Assembly: GCA_963752475.1 (NCBI GenBank)
Contig: CAVVYR010000006.1
Location: 64,001 to 128,000 of the forward strand
From: an uncultured Chloroflexia bacterium
Lineage (GTDB): Bacteria > Chloroflexota > Limnocylindria > Limnocylindrales > CSP1-4
DNA: 64,000 nucleotides
Reading direction: 5' to 3'
In this document: positions 8,965 to 18,531 of the stretch, piece by piece
How the letters are laid out: each line of letters opens with the position of its first letter
Position numbering within the stretch: the stretch's first letter is position 1
Position numbers and translations under genes: made by a program
The notes under the pieces: generated by a model
Seen by the model: the letters and a program-made list of their open reading frames with translations, nothing else
What the model was told of the DNA's origin: nothing
The model's database searches: none

Positions 8965-9696
8965 CTAGACGCCCGCCGCCGCTGGGGTTCGGGCTCTCGA
9001 GCGCTGCTCGGCCGACTCCACGACGGCCATGGCCAGGCGGCCGTGGAAGTCCTCGGCGAACCAGGTCGCGGCCTGCTCCACGCTGGCCGTCGAGGGTTCG
9101 GCCCGAGCGCCGCTCCAGCCCAGCTCGCGCGCGACCGAGGTCACGTCGAGACCGGCCATGCCGCAGGGGTCGATGAGCTCGAAGTCCTCCAGCCGGGTGG
9201 TGATGTTGAGGGCGATGCCGTGGTAGCTGATGCCGCGCTCGACGCGCAGGCCCAGGGCCCCGAGCTTCCGCGGCCGCGGCCCGTCCTGGTCGATCCAGAC
9301 GCCGGGGTAGCCGGGTCGAGGCGCGGCCACGATGCCGTAGCGAGCGGCGACGTCGCCCATCGTCAGCTCCAACGCGCGCACGAACGGTCGCAGCAGCACC
9401 GGCAGTTCGCGCAGCCGCACGATGGGATAGGCCACCAGCTGGCCGGGCCCGTGATACGTGACCTCGCCGCCCCGCTCCACGCGGATGACCTCGACACCGC
9501 GCCGCGCCAGTTCGTCCGGCGACGTGATGACGTGCTCGTCCTTGGCGTGGCGGCCCAGCGTGAGCACCGGCTCGTGCTCCACGAGCAGCAGCGTGTCAGC
9601 GATCTCGTCGGCATCACGGGCGGCGTGTCGTGCGCGCTGCACGTCCCACGCCTCGCGGTAATCCATGCGACCGAGCCACTCGACCTGAACGTCCAT
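8965..9696 (-). CDS. lipB: Lipoyl(octanoyl) transferase
   Basis: LLVEHEPVLTLGR, ERGGEVTYHGPGQLVAYPI, KLGALGL, SYHGIALN, IDPCG. Confidence 0.95.
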   Translation of the reverse strand: MDVQVEWLGRMDYREAWDVQRARHAARDADEIADTLLLVEHEPVLTLGRHAKDEHVITSPDELARRGVEVIRVERGGEVTYHGPGQLVAYPIVRLRELPVLLRPFVRALELTMGDVAARYGIVAAPRPGYPGVWIDQDGPRPRKLGALGLRVERGISYHGIALNITTRLEDFELIDPCGMAGLDVTSVARELGWSGARAEPSTASVEQAATWFAEDFHGRLAMAVVESAEQRSRARTPAAAGV

Positions 9697-9731
9697 GTTC
9701 GGAAGGTATCACGCAGCGCATCGCTGGTGGT

Positions 9732-10667
9732 TCAGGGCAGCAGCTGCCGCAGCGCGAAGATGACGTTGGCCGGACGCTCGGCGAGCCGACGCATGTACCA
9801 GCGATACCAGGCGTCGCCGTAGGCCACCAGGCTATAGGCGGGGTGGCCCGCGTCGCGCAGACGGCGCAGCTCCTGCTCGCGGATGCCGTAGAGCATGTGC
9901 ACCTCGAGCAGCTCGCGTGGGATGCCCTGCGCCTCCGTGATGGTCTGGATCTGGTCGATGAGTTCGACATCGTGGGTGCCCAGGGCCAGCCGCGCGTTCC
10001 CCGCTGCCGCTGCCTCGGCCACCATCAGCGCCAAGCCCAGGAAGTTGGCGTCGACATCGGCCGCATCCCGGTAGGCGATGCTGCCGGGCTCGTCGTAGGC
10101 GCCCTTGACCAGGCGGATCGCCGGTCGGCTCGGGAGCAGACGCACGATGTCGGCCGCCGAGCGCTTGAGATAGGTCTGGATGGCGATGCCCACGTTCTGG
10201 TGCTCGGCCATCAGCGCCTCGGCCAGGTCGAGCGTGCGCTCGGTGTACTCCGAGCCCTCCATGTCGATCCAGAACCAGGTGCCGGTGGCCGCGCACTCGC
10301 GGGCGATGTCGTGGCAGAGCGCGAGGCAGGCGTCGGTGTCCTGCTCGAGGCCCAGCTGCGTAGGCTTGATCGAGAGCTCGACGGGACCGACCACGTGTTG
10401 CCGTCGGCCGTCGCGGGCGAGCACCTCGCGGTAGTGGTCGGCCACCGCGTGGGCCTCATCGAGCGTGGTGATGTTCTCGCCCAGGCGCGTGAAGAGGACA
10501 CGCACCCGCTCGTCGCGCAGGCGTTCGGCAGCCGCGAAAGCGTCGTCGACGCGCTCGCCGGGCATGAACCGCCGGACCGCGCGCTTGGCGAAGCGCATGT
10601 TCGGGATCGTCTCCGCCAGTCGCTCGTTGCGAGCCATCCAGAGGAGCGCGGAACGCATCGGTCGCAT
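9732..10667 (-). CDS. Monofunctional proline dehydrogenase
   Basis: RRFMPGE, SIKPTQLG, IDMEGS, IQTYLKRS, RLVKGAY, GTHD, MLYGIR, YMRRLAERPAN. Confidence 0.93.
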   Translation of the reverse strand: MRPMRSALLWMARNERLAETIPNMRFAKRAVRRFMPGERVDDAFAAAERLRDERVRVLFTRLGENITTLDEAHAVADHYREVLARDGRRQHVVGPVELSIKPTQLGLEQDTDACLALCHDIARECAATGTWFWIDMEGSEYTERTLDLAEALMAEHQNVGIAIQTYLKRSAADIVRLLPSRPAIRLVKGAYDEPGSIAYRDAADVDANFLGLALMVAEAAAAGNARLALGTHDVELIDQIQTITEAQGIPRELLEVHMLYGIREQELRRLRDAGHPAYSLVAYGDAWYRWYMRRLAERPANVIFALRQLLP

Positions 10668-10788
10668 GTCTCGATGGTAGCCCCGTCACGGCCTCGCCAT
10701 CCCCGCCCTGCTCCGTCGTGCCATGTCGTCGTGGAGGAGTGTCCGCGGCCCCGGCCCTGTCGTCCCCATCGACATCGACTGCCACATG

Positions 10789-11021
10789 ATGGCCAGATGT
10801 CGCCGGGGTCGACGCTGTCGGTCGATCAGGCCCATCCATGTAGACGCCTGTCGGCGGAGTCGACGGTAGTCGTACGAGCCGGCCTGCAAGATCGGCGATG
10901 CGGTAATCGAGAGGGATCGGCTATGCCCGGTCACGCTCAGCGTCGGTCGGAGCTCCACGTAGCGACACGGATCCGGTGACTACGAGCAGCCCTACGGTCG
11001 ACCGGGGCGACGTTCGTCCAT
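10789..11021. repeat. Cluster A of the GTCG-N7-CGAC intergenic motif (two + copies, one - copy)
   Basis: Cores at 10799 (+), 10850 (+), 10997 (-); a weaker core at 10759. Confidence 0.7.
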
Positions 11022-11098
11022 CACGCGGTGCTCACCAGGTGGCCTCGCCTGACTCGGCGCGGCCGGCGACTGCCACCTGCCTTGGCGTGGCAGTCGGG

Positions 11099-11902
11099 TC
11101 AGGCGGGTTTGGTGGCGCGGATGATGGCGCTGTGCATCCCGTCCGCTACCGCGTGCGTGGGCTCGACCACGACATCGGCAAGGCCCACGGCCTGGAGGCC
11201 CTCGCGGAACTCGCTGATCGAGAGGGCGCCGGCGATGCAGCCGACGTAGTCGCCCCGCTCGGCCCGCTGCTCGGGCGTGAGGTGGTCCTCAGCCACGATG
11301 TCGGTGATACCGATGCGGCCGCCCGGACGCAGGACGCGTGCGACCTCACCGAAGACGGCGCTCTTGTCCGCGGCCAGGTTGACTACGCAGTTGCTGATGA
11401 CGACATCGACCGAGGCGTCCGGCAGGGGGATCGACTCGATCGTGCCCTTCATGAACTCGACGTTGGTGGCACCGGCCTCGGACGCGTTCTTGCGAGCGAG
11501 CTTGAGCATCTCGTCGGTCATGTCCAGGCCGTAGGCGTAGCCGTCGTCGCCGACACGCTTGGCCGAAAGGAGCACGTCGATGCCACCACCGGAACCCAGG
11601 TCGAGCACGGTCTCACCCTCGTGCAGCTCGGCCACCGCGACGGGGTTGCCGCAGCCGAGCGAGGCCAGCGTGGCGGCGGAGGGGAGACCCTCGAGCTCGA
11701 TGGTCTCGTAGAGCTTGGTGCCGAAGCCCTCCTCGGTCTCCACGGGGGAGGGCTCACAGCAGGCGTCAGCCGACGCCGCGGGACCACAGCATCCGACCTC
11801 GACATCACGGTCTTGCTCGAGCACCTGCAGCGCCGCGTCGGCATACCGCTCGCGCACGACCTCGTGGATGCGCTCGCCCTGGTCGTCCGTGGTCGTGGTC
11901 AT
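11099..11902 (-). CDS. arsM: Arsenite methyltransferase
   Basis: VRERY, CC pairs, SLGCGNP, VLDLGSGGGID, DVVISNCVVNL, GCIAGAL. Confidence 0.92.
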   Translation of the reverse strand: MTTTTDDQGERIHEVVRERYADAALQVLEQDRDVEVGCCGPAASADACCEPSPVETEEGFGTKLYETIELEGLPSAATLASLGCGNPVAVAELHEGETVLDLGSGGGIDVLLSAKRVGDDGYAYGLDMTDEMLKLARKNASEAGATNVEFMKGTIESIPLPDASVDVVISNCVVNLAADKSAVFGEVARVLRPGGRIGITDIVAEDHLTPEQRAERGDYVGCIAGALSISEFREGLQAVGLADVVVEPTHAVADGMHSAIIRATKPA

Positions 11903-11921
11903 GTCGTCACCCGTGTTGCTG

Positions 11922-11970
11922 TATCGATTGATATCAATATAACGAGTGACAATATCGATGTCAATCGATA
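11922..11970. promoter_or_regulatory. Probable ArsR operator in the divergent arsM/arsR promoter
   Basis: 19-bp arms TATCGATTGATATCAATAT / ATATCGATGTCAATCGATA (17/19 complementary), 11-nt spacer, AT-rich within a GC-rich genome. Confidence 0.75.
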
Positions 11971-11980
11971 TAGTAGCCAC

Positions 11981-12400
11981 ATGAAGCGAACCGAAGACCC
12001 GGACCTGGAGCTGCTGGAGGCAGCAGCAGACCCCGTCCGCCTGTCGATCCTGCGCCAGCTGTCGTCCGCTGGCCCCACCTGCGCGTGTGACTTCACCGAA
12101 TGCTGCGACATCAGCCAGTCGACGGTCTCCCATCACCTCAAGGTGCTGCGCGAGGCCGGCTGGATCGAAGGGGAGCGGCGCGGAACCTGGATCTGGTACT
12201 CCATCCGATCGGAAGCGGTCGAGCGCTTCTCTGCCCTCGCCCGTGCCATCCGCCCAGGGGGTGCTCGTCCGGCTGCCGATCTGGGACCCACGACAGCCGA
12301 CGCGGACGTCCGCCCGCTGGGCCCGGAGATCGCGCCTGTACCTGCCGTCGACGATCGGCGCTCCGTGCCTGTGCTCGAGAGCGATTGGCGCCAGTGGTAG
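11981..12400 (+). CDS. arsR: ArsR/SmtB family transcriptional repressor
   Basis: ADPVRLSIL, CACDF, SQSTVSHHLKVLREAG, ERRGTWIWY. Confidence 0.9.
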   Translation: MKRTEDPDLELLEAAADPVRLSILRQLSSAGPTCACDFTECCDISQSTVSHHLKVLREAGWIEGERRGTWIWYSIRSEAVERFSALARAIRPGGARPAADLGPTTADADVRPLGPEIAPVPAVDDRRSVPVLESDWRQW

Positions 12401-12431
12401 ACGTCTGCCTCGTACATGGTGAACTGTGACC

Positions 12432-12686
12432 ATGGGGATGAACATCAAGAACCCTGAGACGCACCAGCTGGCACGAGAAGTCGCGGCACTGACCGGTGAG
12501 AGCGTGACGGCAGCCGTGACCGAGTCACTGCGAGAGCGCCTCGAGCGGCTGCGCGCAGAACAACGGGACGGACTGGCGGCCGCGCTGATGGCCATCGGCC
12601 GGGACACCGCCAGGCGGCTCTCGCCAGAGCTCAAGGCGGCCGATGTCGACGAGTTGCTGTACGGCGAAGACGGACTGCCGCATTGA
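12432..12686 (+). CDS. vapB: VapB-type antitoxin (Rv0623-like)
   Basis: MNIKNPETHQLAREVAALTGESVTAAV...LYGEDGLP; 4-nt overlap with the PIN gene. Confidence 0.88.
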   Translation: MGMNIKNPETHQLAREVAALTGESVTAAVTESLRERLERLRAEQRDGLAAALMAIGRDTARRLSPELKAADVDELLYGEDGLPH

Positions 12687-13072
12687 TCCTCGATAGCTCG
12701 GCGGTCATCGCGATCCTGCGCGATGAGCCGGACGCCAAGCGCCTGGCGATGGCCATCCAGGCAGCTCGTTCGGTGCGTGTGTCTGCAGCGACGTATGTCG
12801 AGATCGGTGCGGTCATGGACCGAGCAGGTGATCCCATCGTCTCGCGGCGTGCGGATCAGCTGCTCGACGCTGCCGGCGCCGTCATCGAGCCGGTAACGAA
12901 GGAGCAAGCGTGGATCGCACGAGCCGCGTATCGAGACTTCGGCAAGGGCTCTGGTCATCCAGCAGGCTTGGACTTCGGCGACTGTTTCGCCTATGCCCTG
13001 GCCAAGGACCTGGGCGAGCCGCTGCTCTTCAAGGGTGACGACTTCGGTCACACGGACGTTGAGCTCGCCTGA
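12683..13072 (+). CDS. vapC: VapC PIN-domain toxin
   Basis: ILDSSAVIAIL..E, FGKGSGHPAGLDFGDCFAYALAK, LLFKGDDF. Confidence 0.92.
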   Translation: MILDSSAVIAILRDEPDAKRLAMAIQAARSVRVSAATYVEIGAVMDRAGDPIVSRRADQLLDAAGAVIEPVTKEQAWIARAAYRDFGKGSGHPAGLDFGDCFAYALAKDLGEPLLFKGDDFGHTDVELA

Positions 13073-13162
13073 GCCTGACGTCCCGTCGGGGTCTGGTCCC
13101 TCGGGTGTCTCGACAGGACATCGTCGACGCGGCAGGATGCACTCGACCCCATCCGTCTGGAG

Positions 13163-14200
13163 GTGCCTGCCGTGCACGTCGTCAAGCGCGTTCCCTTCGT
13201 CGCCGGCCTCGTGGCCGCGTCCCTCATCGTCGCCTCGCTCGGCGCCCTCGCACAGGAGTCACAGGAGTACCTGGGGCCTGATGCCGATGCGCCGCTGAGC
13301 GGCTACACGCGCACGGACGGCACGGTCGTCCTCACCGATGCGTCCTTCTGTCGCTACCTCCTGGGCACGGTCATCGGTGACGAGCGGCTGACCTACGTCG
13401 ACCTCCTCGACAAGACCAAGAAGCAGAAGAGGGCCAAGAGGGCGGCCTTCAGCGCCACCGACGAAGGTGCCGTCGCGCGCTGCGTCGAGGTGCTCACCGC
13501 CAGTCGCACCGACGTACCTGAGGACGACACGCTCGCAGCCTGGGCACGCGCCGCTGCCGTCGTGCCCGAGTCGATGGCCGGCCTCCTGCCCGAGGACTTC
13601 ACCGCGGAGCCATTGGCCCAGCCCGACGAGATCGGTGCCGCGGCGCGCACCAGTGGCTTCGGTGACCTGGTCTCCGCACCGTTCACGGTCACGCCTGGGC
13701 CGTGGCTGGCGCAGCTCGACGCCACTGCCTGCGCCGCCTGGGACGGCACCCTGCGGAACGCACGCGAACCGGACGACGCCATCACGTTGGAGGACAGCCG
13801 CGAGTACCTCTACGACCTCGAGGGCGGTCACTACTACTGGGACGTCTCCGCCTCCGATTGCGACTGGAGCGTGGACCTGGTGCCGGTCGTGTTCGAGCCG
13901 GATCCCACGCCGCAGCCGACGCCCCAGGCCATCGTGCCGGCGCTCTTCGCCGGCGACTGGAATCCGCGTCCGCACGCACCGAACTCCAAGCACCTGACCG
14001 CGGTGCAGGCGCGTGAGGCCGTGCTGGCGGCAGGCCTGATCACGGGCACCTGCCATCAGGATGGCTCGAGCGACCGCCAGAACCGCGTGTGGAAGCAGGA
14101 GCCCATCGCGGGGATGCTCGTCGAACCCGGCTCGGCCGTCGAGGTCTGGGTCGCGACCGACTGTGACGTCTACGAGGGCAAGCGTGTCATCCTCGACTGA
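13163..14200 (+). CDS. Secreted protein with C-terminal PASTA-like domain
   Basis: Signal peptide ending ALA-Q; Pro/Thr linker; AREAVLAAGL...VWKQEPIAG..VEPGSAVEVWV. Confidence 0.7.
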   Translation: MPAVHVVKRVPFVAGLVAASLIVASLGALAQESQEYLGPDADAPLSGYTRTDGTVVLTDASFCRYLLGTVIGDERLTYVDLLDKTKKQKRAKRAAFSATDEGAVARCVEVLTASRTDVPEDDTLAAWARAAAVVPESMAGLLPEDFTAEPLAQPDEIGAAARTSGFGDLVSAPFTVTPGPWLAQLDATACAAWDGTLRNAREPDDAITLEDSREYLYDLEGGHYYWDVSASDCDWSVDLVPVVFEPDPTPQPTPQAIVPALFAGDWNPRPHAPNSKHLTAVQAREAVLAAGLITGTCHQDGSSDRQNRVWKQEPIAGMLVEPGSAVEVWVATDCDVYEGKRVILD

Positions 14201-14207
14201 AGCCGGT

Positions 14208-15008
14208 TCAGTCTTCGTCTGAGTCGACCGACTCATCCGTCGCGGGTGCGACCGTGCCCTCGCGCCACTCGGTCACCGCCTGCCAGGCGATGCGTTGCAG
14301 GAACGCCGCGACCTCCGGGTCGGTCACGCCGAAGGTGTACGGATGGCCTTCGGGGCTGCGGTCGAAGAGCGTGGCGTAGATCGTCGCCGCCGCGAGATAG
14401 GCCCCCTCCCAGGTGGCATGCACCCGATCGGGATCCATCAATGCGACCTCCGGGCGTTCCGCCTCGGCCAGCTCGAACGCCAGGGCCGCCGGGGCCACGG
14501 TCGCTCCCAGTTCGGCCTCGACGGTGCGGTGAGCCTCGGCCACGTCGTCGTAGTCGGACCAGTCGTTGAAGCCGCGTGGCCAGGTCATGAAGAAGACGGT
14601 CTCGGCGCCGGCCTTGGTCACGACCTCATCGAAGAGCCGGGCGTGCTCCAGGAACGACTCGGCGTTGCGGGTGCGGGCGCCGGGCAGGTAGCCCTGCAAT
14701 ACGACCGTGTCGAACTCGCCCTGGCGGATGGCCTGCTTGGCGCCGTTGTCCCAGTGGTACTCGAGCGTGACGCCACCCTCGGTCAGGATCCGGCCGTCGA
14801 AGGCCCAGGGCGGGTCTTCCATGGAGGCGAACCCTTCGAGCTTCGCATCGAGCCCCCCGTGGCGCTCGGTGTGGCTGTTGCCGATGAAGAGCACGCGCTG
14901 GGGAAGCTGCTCGTCGGCCTCGGCCGCTTCCTGGGCAGCTGCGACCGAGGTCGTGGCGAGGAGGCTGATGGTGATGGCCGCAGCGAGGCAGGCACGTCCG
15001 GTTCTCAC
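14208..15008 (-). CDS. Secreted SGNH/GDSL-like hydrolase
   Basis: Signal peptide; VLFIGNSHT, VVLQG, FMTW, DRVHAT..GAYLAA; start estimated. Confidence 0.8.
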   Translation of the reverse strand: MRTGRACLAAAITISLLATTSVAAAQEAAEADEQLPQRVLFIGNSHTERHGGLDAKLEGFASMEDPPWAFDGRILTEGGVTLEYHWDNGAKQAIRQGEFDTVVLQGYLPGARTRNAESFLEHARLFDEVVTKAGAETVFFMTWPRGFNDWSDYDDVAEAHRTVEAELGATVAPAALAFELAEAERPEVALMDPDRVHATWEGAYLAAATIYATLFDRSPEGHPYTFGVTDPEVAAFLQRIAWQAVTEWREGTVAPATDESVDSDED

Positions 15009-15078
15009 GGCGGCAATGCTGCCATGTCTTGGCCGTACCATCCCAGCAGTACGAACGACGTATCCGGAGACCGACGAT

Positions 15079-16665
15079 ATGCGAGTCGACCGCATCGAGA
15101 TCGAGGCCTTTCGCGGCATCGATCGGCTGGTGCTGGACCTCGAGGAGTTGACGACGGTCATCGGCGAGCACGATTGCGGGAAGTCCTCGCTGTTGCGGGC
15201 GCTCGCACGCGTCTTGGGACCGAGCGAGCCGGACGTGCTCCCGGTCTTCGAGGTCGCCGACTTCCATCGACCGACCGATGTCGAGGCTGACCGCGCGACG
15301 ACGCTGGCGATCACGCTGGGGCTGCGCACCGGTGAGGACGACGACCTGGCCGATGGCTTGCCCGGCACCGATGACGGCGGTGTGAGCCTGCGCGTGCTCG
15401 CGAGCCGTCGCGCCCAAGGCGAGCCGACCACGACCGTGGACCTGCTCGATCGTGCCGGCGTGCCCCTCGAAGGCGCCGATGCAGCGGCGCTGCTCGAGCG
15501 CTTGCGACGACGCCACCCGGCGGTCATCGTCGCTGGCCCGCGTGCGGCCGTGGCGCGCGGCATCCGAGAGCGGCCCGAGGTGTCGAGCCGGCTGCGGTCA
15601 CTGTTGAGCGCGCGTCGCCGCGCTTCCGAGCCACTCACGTGGGACCAGATCGGCGAGGTGCGCGAGGACATCGTGCAGGCTGGCGGCCGGCTGGCCGATC
15701 AGATCGGACCGACCGTGGAGCGGCGACGCTCGGTGCTGGCCATGACCGATACGCCGCGGGCCCTGGTCACCGACCTCGCTGCGGCGCTCGACCCGGACGC
15801 CGAGGAGCAGCGCCGGGTGGCGGCGGTGTGGCTCCTGGCGGCGATCCTCGATGCGGTGCCCGAAGGTGGCCTCGGGGTCGAGGCCGAGCCGATCCTGCTC
15901 TTCGACGATATCGAGGCCAACCTCCACCCGACCTGGCTGGCGGCGTACGCGGCCGTGGCCTTCAACCTGCCCTTCCAGCAGATCGTCACGACGCACTCGC
16001 CGGAGGTGCTCGCATGGGTGCCCCTCAGCTCGCTGCGGCGCCTCGTGCGCCGAAGCGAGGGCATCGAAGCGCGGGCGGTGCGTACATCGCAGTACTCGGT
16101 GGGCGAGATGCGGCGGCTGACCTTCCACGTGCGCCTGAACCGAGGGTCCTCGTTCTTCGCTCGCGGCTGGATCCTCGTGGAGGGGGAGACCGAGGCCTGG
16201 CTGGTGCCAGAGTTCGCGCGCCTCGCCGGCGTCGAGCTGCCGGTGGAGGGCATCCGCGTCATCGAGTTCGCGCAGTGTGGCGTGGGCCCGCTGATGAAGC
16301 TGGCCGATGACCTTGGGATCGGCTGGGTCGTGCTGGCCGATGGCGACCAAGCGGGCAAGAGCTACGCCCGGCGTGTCGACGCGCATCTGGCGCAAGGCGG
16401 GGCAGGGGAGGTCGTGGTGCTGCCGGCACGGGATATCGAGCACTACCTCTTCAGGCAGGGCTATGCCGACGTCATCAAGGGTGCGGCCCGCGTCGGTGGC
16501 ACTCGCTCGGCAGGGAAGATCATCAAGGCTGCCACCGAGAAGGTGACCAAGCCCGGGCTGGCGCTGATCATCCTCGAGGCGGCCGACGAACGTGGGCCGG
16601 AAGGGGTGCCCGTGGTCCTGCGTGAGCTGGCCGAGTTGGCCCAACGCACGGCTCGAGGCGGCTAG
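15079..16665 (+). CDS. OLD-family ATP-dependent endonuclease (YbjD-like; ABC ATPase plus Toprim)
   Basis: IEAFRGI, Walker A GEHDCGKSS, Walker B LLFDDIEANLHP, VTTHSP, Toprim LVEGETE and ADGD; GGAG RBS. Confidence 0.88.
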   Translation: MRVDRIEIEAFRGIDRLVLDLEELTTVIGEHDCGKSSLLRALARVLGPSEPDVLPVFEVADFHRPTDVEADRATTLAITLGLRTGEDDDLADGLPGTDDGGVSLRVLASRRAQGEPTTTVDLLDRAGVPLEGADAAALLERLRRRHPAVIVAGPRAAVARGIRERPEVSSRLRSLLSARRRASEPLTWDQIGEVREDIVQAGGRLADQIGPTVERRRSVLAMTDTPRALVTDLAAALDPDAEEQRRVAAVWLLAAILDAVPEGGLGVEAEPILLFDDIEANLHPTWLAAYAAVAFNLPFQQIVTTHSPEVLAWVPLSSLRRLVRRSEGIEARAVRTSQYSVGEMRRLTFHVRLNRGSSFFARGWILVEGETEAWLVPEFARLAGVELPVEGIRVIEFAQCGVGPLMKLADDLGIGWVVLADGDQAGKSYARRVDAHLAQGGAGEVVVLPARDIEHYLFRQGYADVIKGAARVGGTRSAGKIIKAATEKVTKPGLALIILEAADERGPEGVPVVLRELAELAQRTARGG

Positions 16666-17192
16666 CGCGAGTACTCGCGGCGCATCTCCGCGAGAGCGGA
16701 ACCGATGTCCGCCATCGACACCGTGTCGATCGGACGATCGCCATATGTCGCCGCGGGCTCGGACGTCCGGGCCGGTCCCTCCTCGCGACCGAGTCCCATC
16801 GCGGTTGCCGCACGGTCGAGCGTGGCGTCGAGCGTGAGCAGCCGGCAGTCGGTGGCTTCTGCCGCGGCCAGATACGTCGCGTCGTACATCGACAGGCCGT
16901 GGGCACGTGCCAGCGTCAGCGCGCGCAGCCGGAGCGGCCGGCCCTGCGGTACCTCTTCGATCTGGAGCACCTCTGTCTGCAGCATGGCATCGAGCGCGAA
17001 CTCATCTCCGATGCTGGCCGTACGCGAAAGGCGGTTCCCGATCTCGAGCCAGATGAGGGATGGGGCAAGGAGCTGGATCCGTCCAGCGGGCACGTCGTCG
17101 ATGCAAGCATCTACCCAACCCGGCCGATCTTCGTCGAGCAGCCAGGAGATCACAGTCGACGCATCGATGACACGCTGCTCAGGTCCGTTCAA
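16662..17192 (-). CDS. PIN-domain (VapC-like) toxin with C-terminal extension
   Basis: VIDASTVISW, EIGN, LSMYDATYLA, LLTLD. Confidence 0.88.
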   Translation of the reverse strand: MNGPEQRVIDASTVISWLLDEDRPGWVDACIDDVPAGRIQLLAPSLIWLEIGNRLSRTASIGDEFALDAMLQTEVLQIEEVPQGRPLRLRALTLARAHGLSMYDATYLAAAEATDCRLLTLDATLDRAATAMGLGREEGPARTSEPAATYGDRPIDTVSMADIGSALAEMRREYSR

Positions 17193-17479
17193 TGGCTATC
17201 TCGGTCGGCGCGGATCCACTCGGCGGCGTTCGGCTCGTCGTGGTCGGGTGGCAGCGATGCCCGATAGCGTCGTCGCCATTCCTCGAGGCCTTCGAAGGCA
17301 GCGCGTCGCTGCTCGAGCAGCTTCTCGCGGTCCTGCTCGAGGCGCTCGGCCTCCTCCGGCGAGATGAGCACAGCCAACGGCTTGTGGTCACGTGTCACCA
17401 GGAACCTCTCGCCCGCGGAAGCTTCGTCCAGGATGCGCCCGAGCGAGCGGCGCATGTCCATGGGCGTGATGGTCTTCAT
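17189..17479 (-). CDS. Phd/YefM-family antitoxin
   Basis: MKTI...RRSLGRILDEASAGERFLVTRDHKPLAVL; 4-nt overlap with the PIN gene. Confidence 0.88.
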   Translation of the reverse strand: MKTITPMDMRRSLGRILDEASAGERFLVTRDHKPLAVLISPEEAERLEQDREKLLEQRRAAFEGLEEWRRRYRASLPPDHDEPNAAEWIRADRDSH

Positions 17480-17487
17480 GTCACCAT

Positions 17488-17522
17488 CATAGCGAACTAT
17501 GTCAATCGACTATGATAGTCGA
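17488..17522. promoter_or_regulatory. Palindromic operator pair upstream of the Phd antitoxin
   Basis: CATAG-cgaa-CTATG (17488-17501) and TCGACTAT-g-ATAGTCGA (17506-17522) at the TATGAT -10 element. Confidence 0.6.
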
Positions 17523-17526
17523 CGCG

Positions 17527-18072
17527 CTAGCGGACTCGAAAGCTCGGGCCGTGGCCGGGGATGATGATGGAGGCCGTCTCGAGGATGCGGGCGCGGTGCT
17601 CCTCGACGGCCGCTGGATCGACGTCGAGGCCACTCCCCGGCGAGTCCTGCCAGACCCAGAGGTGCGTGAGCGCGGCCACGCCGTCGTCGGTCTCCACGAG
17701 CGTGGTGATGTCCTGCGGTGTGTGGCCGGGGGTCTCGAGCAGCTTGATGCCAGTCGAGAGTCGGACACCCTCTGCGGGGCGCGACGTCCATCGGTCGCGA
17801 ACGTACGTGGCCCAGTGGTCGTGGACCGTGACGTCCTCACCGAAGAGGGCGATGTTCATCGTGTGGTCGGGGTGGTGGTGGCTGAGGATGATGTCGGTGA
17901 CCTGCTCACGGTCGACGCCGAGTGCGGCCAGCGGGTCCAGGATCGAGGCCCGGGAAGGGACCATGCCGGGGTCCACGATGGCCGTTACGTCGCCATCGCG
18001 TAGCAGGGTCACCGTGCCGGCCACGCCATCGTCGTTGCCGTAGCCGTCGAACAGGACATCCAGTCGCGCCAT
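17527..18072 (-). CDS. MBL-fold metallo-hydrolase
   Basis: IVDPG, SHHHPDH, ETPGHT, IIPGHG. Confidence 0.88.
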   Translation of the reverse strand: MARLDVLFDGYGNDDGVAGTVTLLRDGDVTAIVDPGMVPSRASILDPLAALGVDREQVTDIILSHHHPDHTMNIALFGEDVTVHDHWATYVRDRWTSRPAEGVRLSTGIKLLETPGHTPQDITTLVETDDGVAALTHLWVWQDSPGSGLDVDPAAVEEHRARILETASIIIPGHGPSFRVR

Positions 18073-18207
18073 CGTCTCTCCTCGTCTCGGGGTCGCGGCT
18101 GACGGTACAGGTGGGGAGTCGATGTCACACGGTCGACATGTTCCGGTCCGACCCTGCACGTCTGGTCCGGACTCTCCCTTCCGGCCCACATCCATGAGGA
18201 GGACGAG

Positions 18208-18531
18208 ATGGCGAAGTTCGTGGTGATCTACTCGGGCGGCATGGGCATGGCAGCCGAGCCCGACGAGCGGCAGCGGATCATGGATGAGTGGGGCGCCTGG
18301 TACGGCAAGATGGGCGCGGCCATCAAGGACGGTGGCAGTCCCTTCGCGGCCTCGAAGAACTTCTCCGGCGCGGGTGCCGCGTCGGCCGATGGCCCCGGCG
18401 CGGTCCCGGCCACCGGCTACACCATCATCGAAGCCGATTCGCTCGACGCGGCGGCGGCTGCCTGCGCGGATCACCCACACCTCGGGCACGGCGGACAGGT
18501 CTCGGTCTTCGAGGCCGTCGACATGGGCTGA
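18208..18531 (+). CDS. YCII/DGPF-related protein
   Basis: MAKFVVIYSGG...WGAW...DGGSPF...TGYTIIEADSLDAA; GAGGAGG RBS. Confidence 0.8.
   Translation: MAKFVVIYSGGMGMAAEPDERQRIMDEWGAWYGKMGAAIKDGGSPFAASKNFSGAGAASADGPGAVPATGYTIIEADSLDAAAAACADHPHLGHGGQVSVFEAVDMG

Noticed and set aside
11903-13177. 692-aa ORF suggesting a long N-terminal fusion on ArsM
   Set aside because: The extension is antisense to arsR and vapBC; the real start at 11902 matches typical ArsM length.
15079-16665. Gabija or retron-associated OLD system
   Set aside because: No adjacent UvrD-like helicase or reverse transcriptase.
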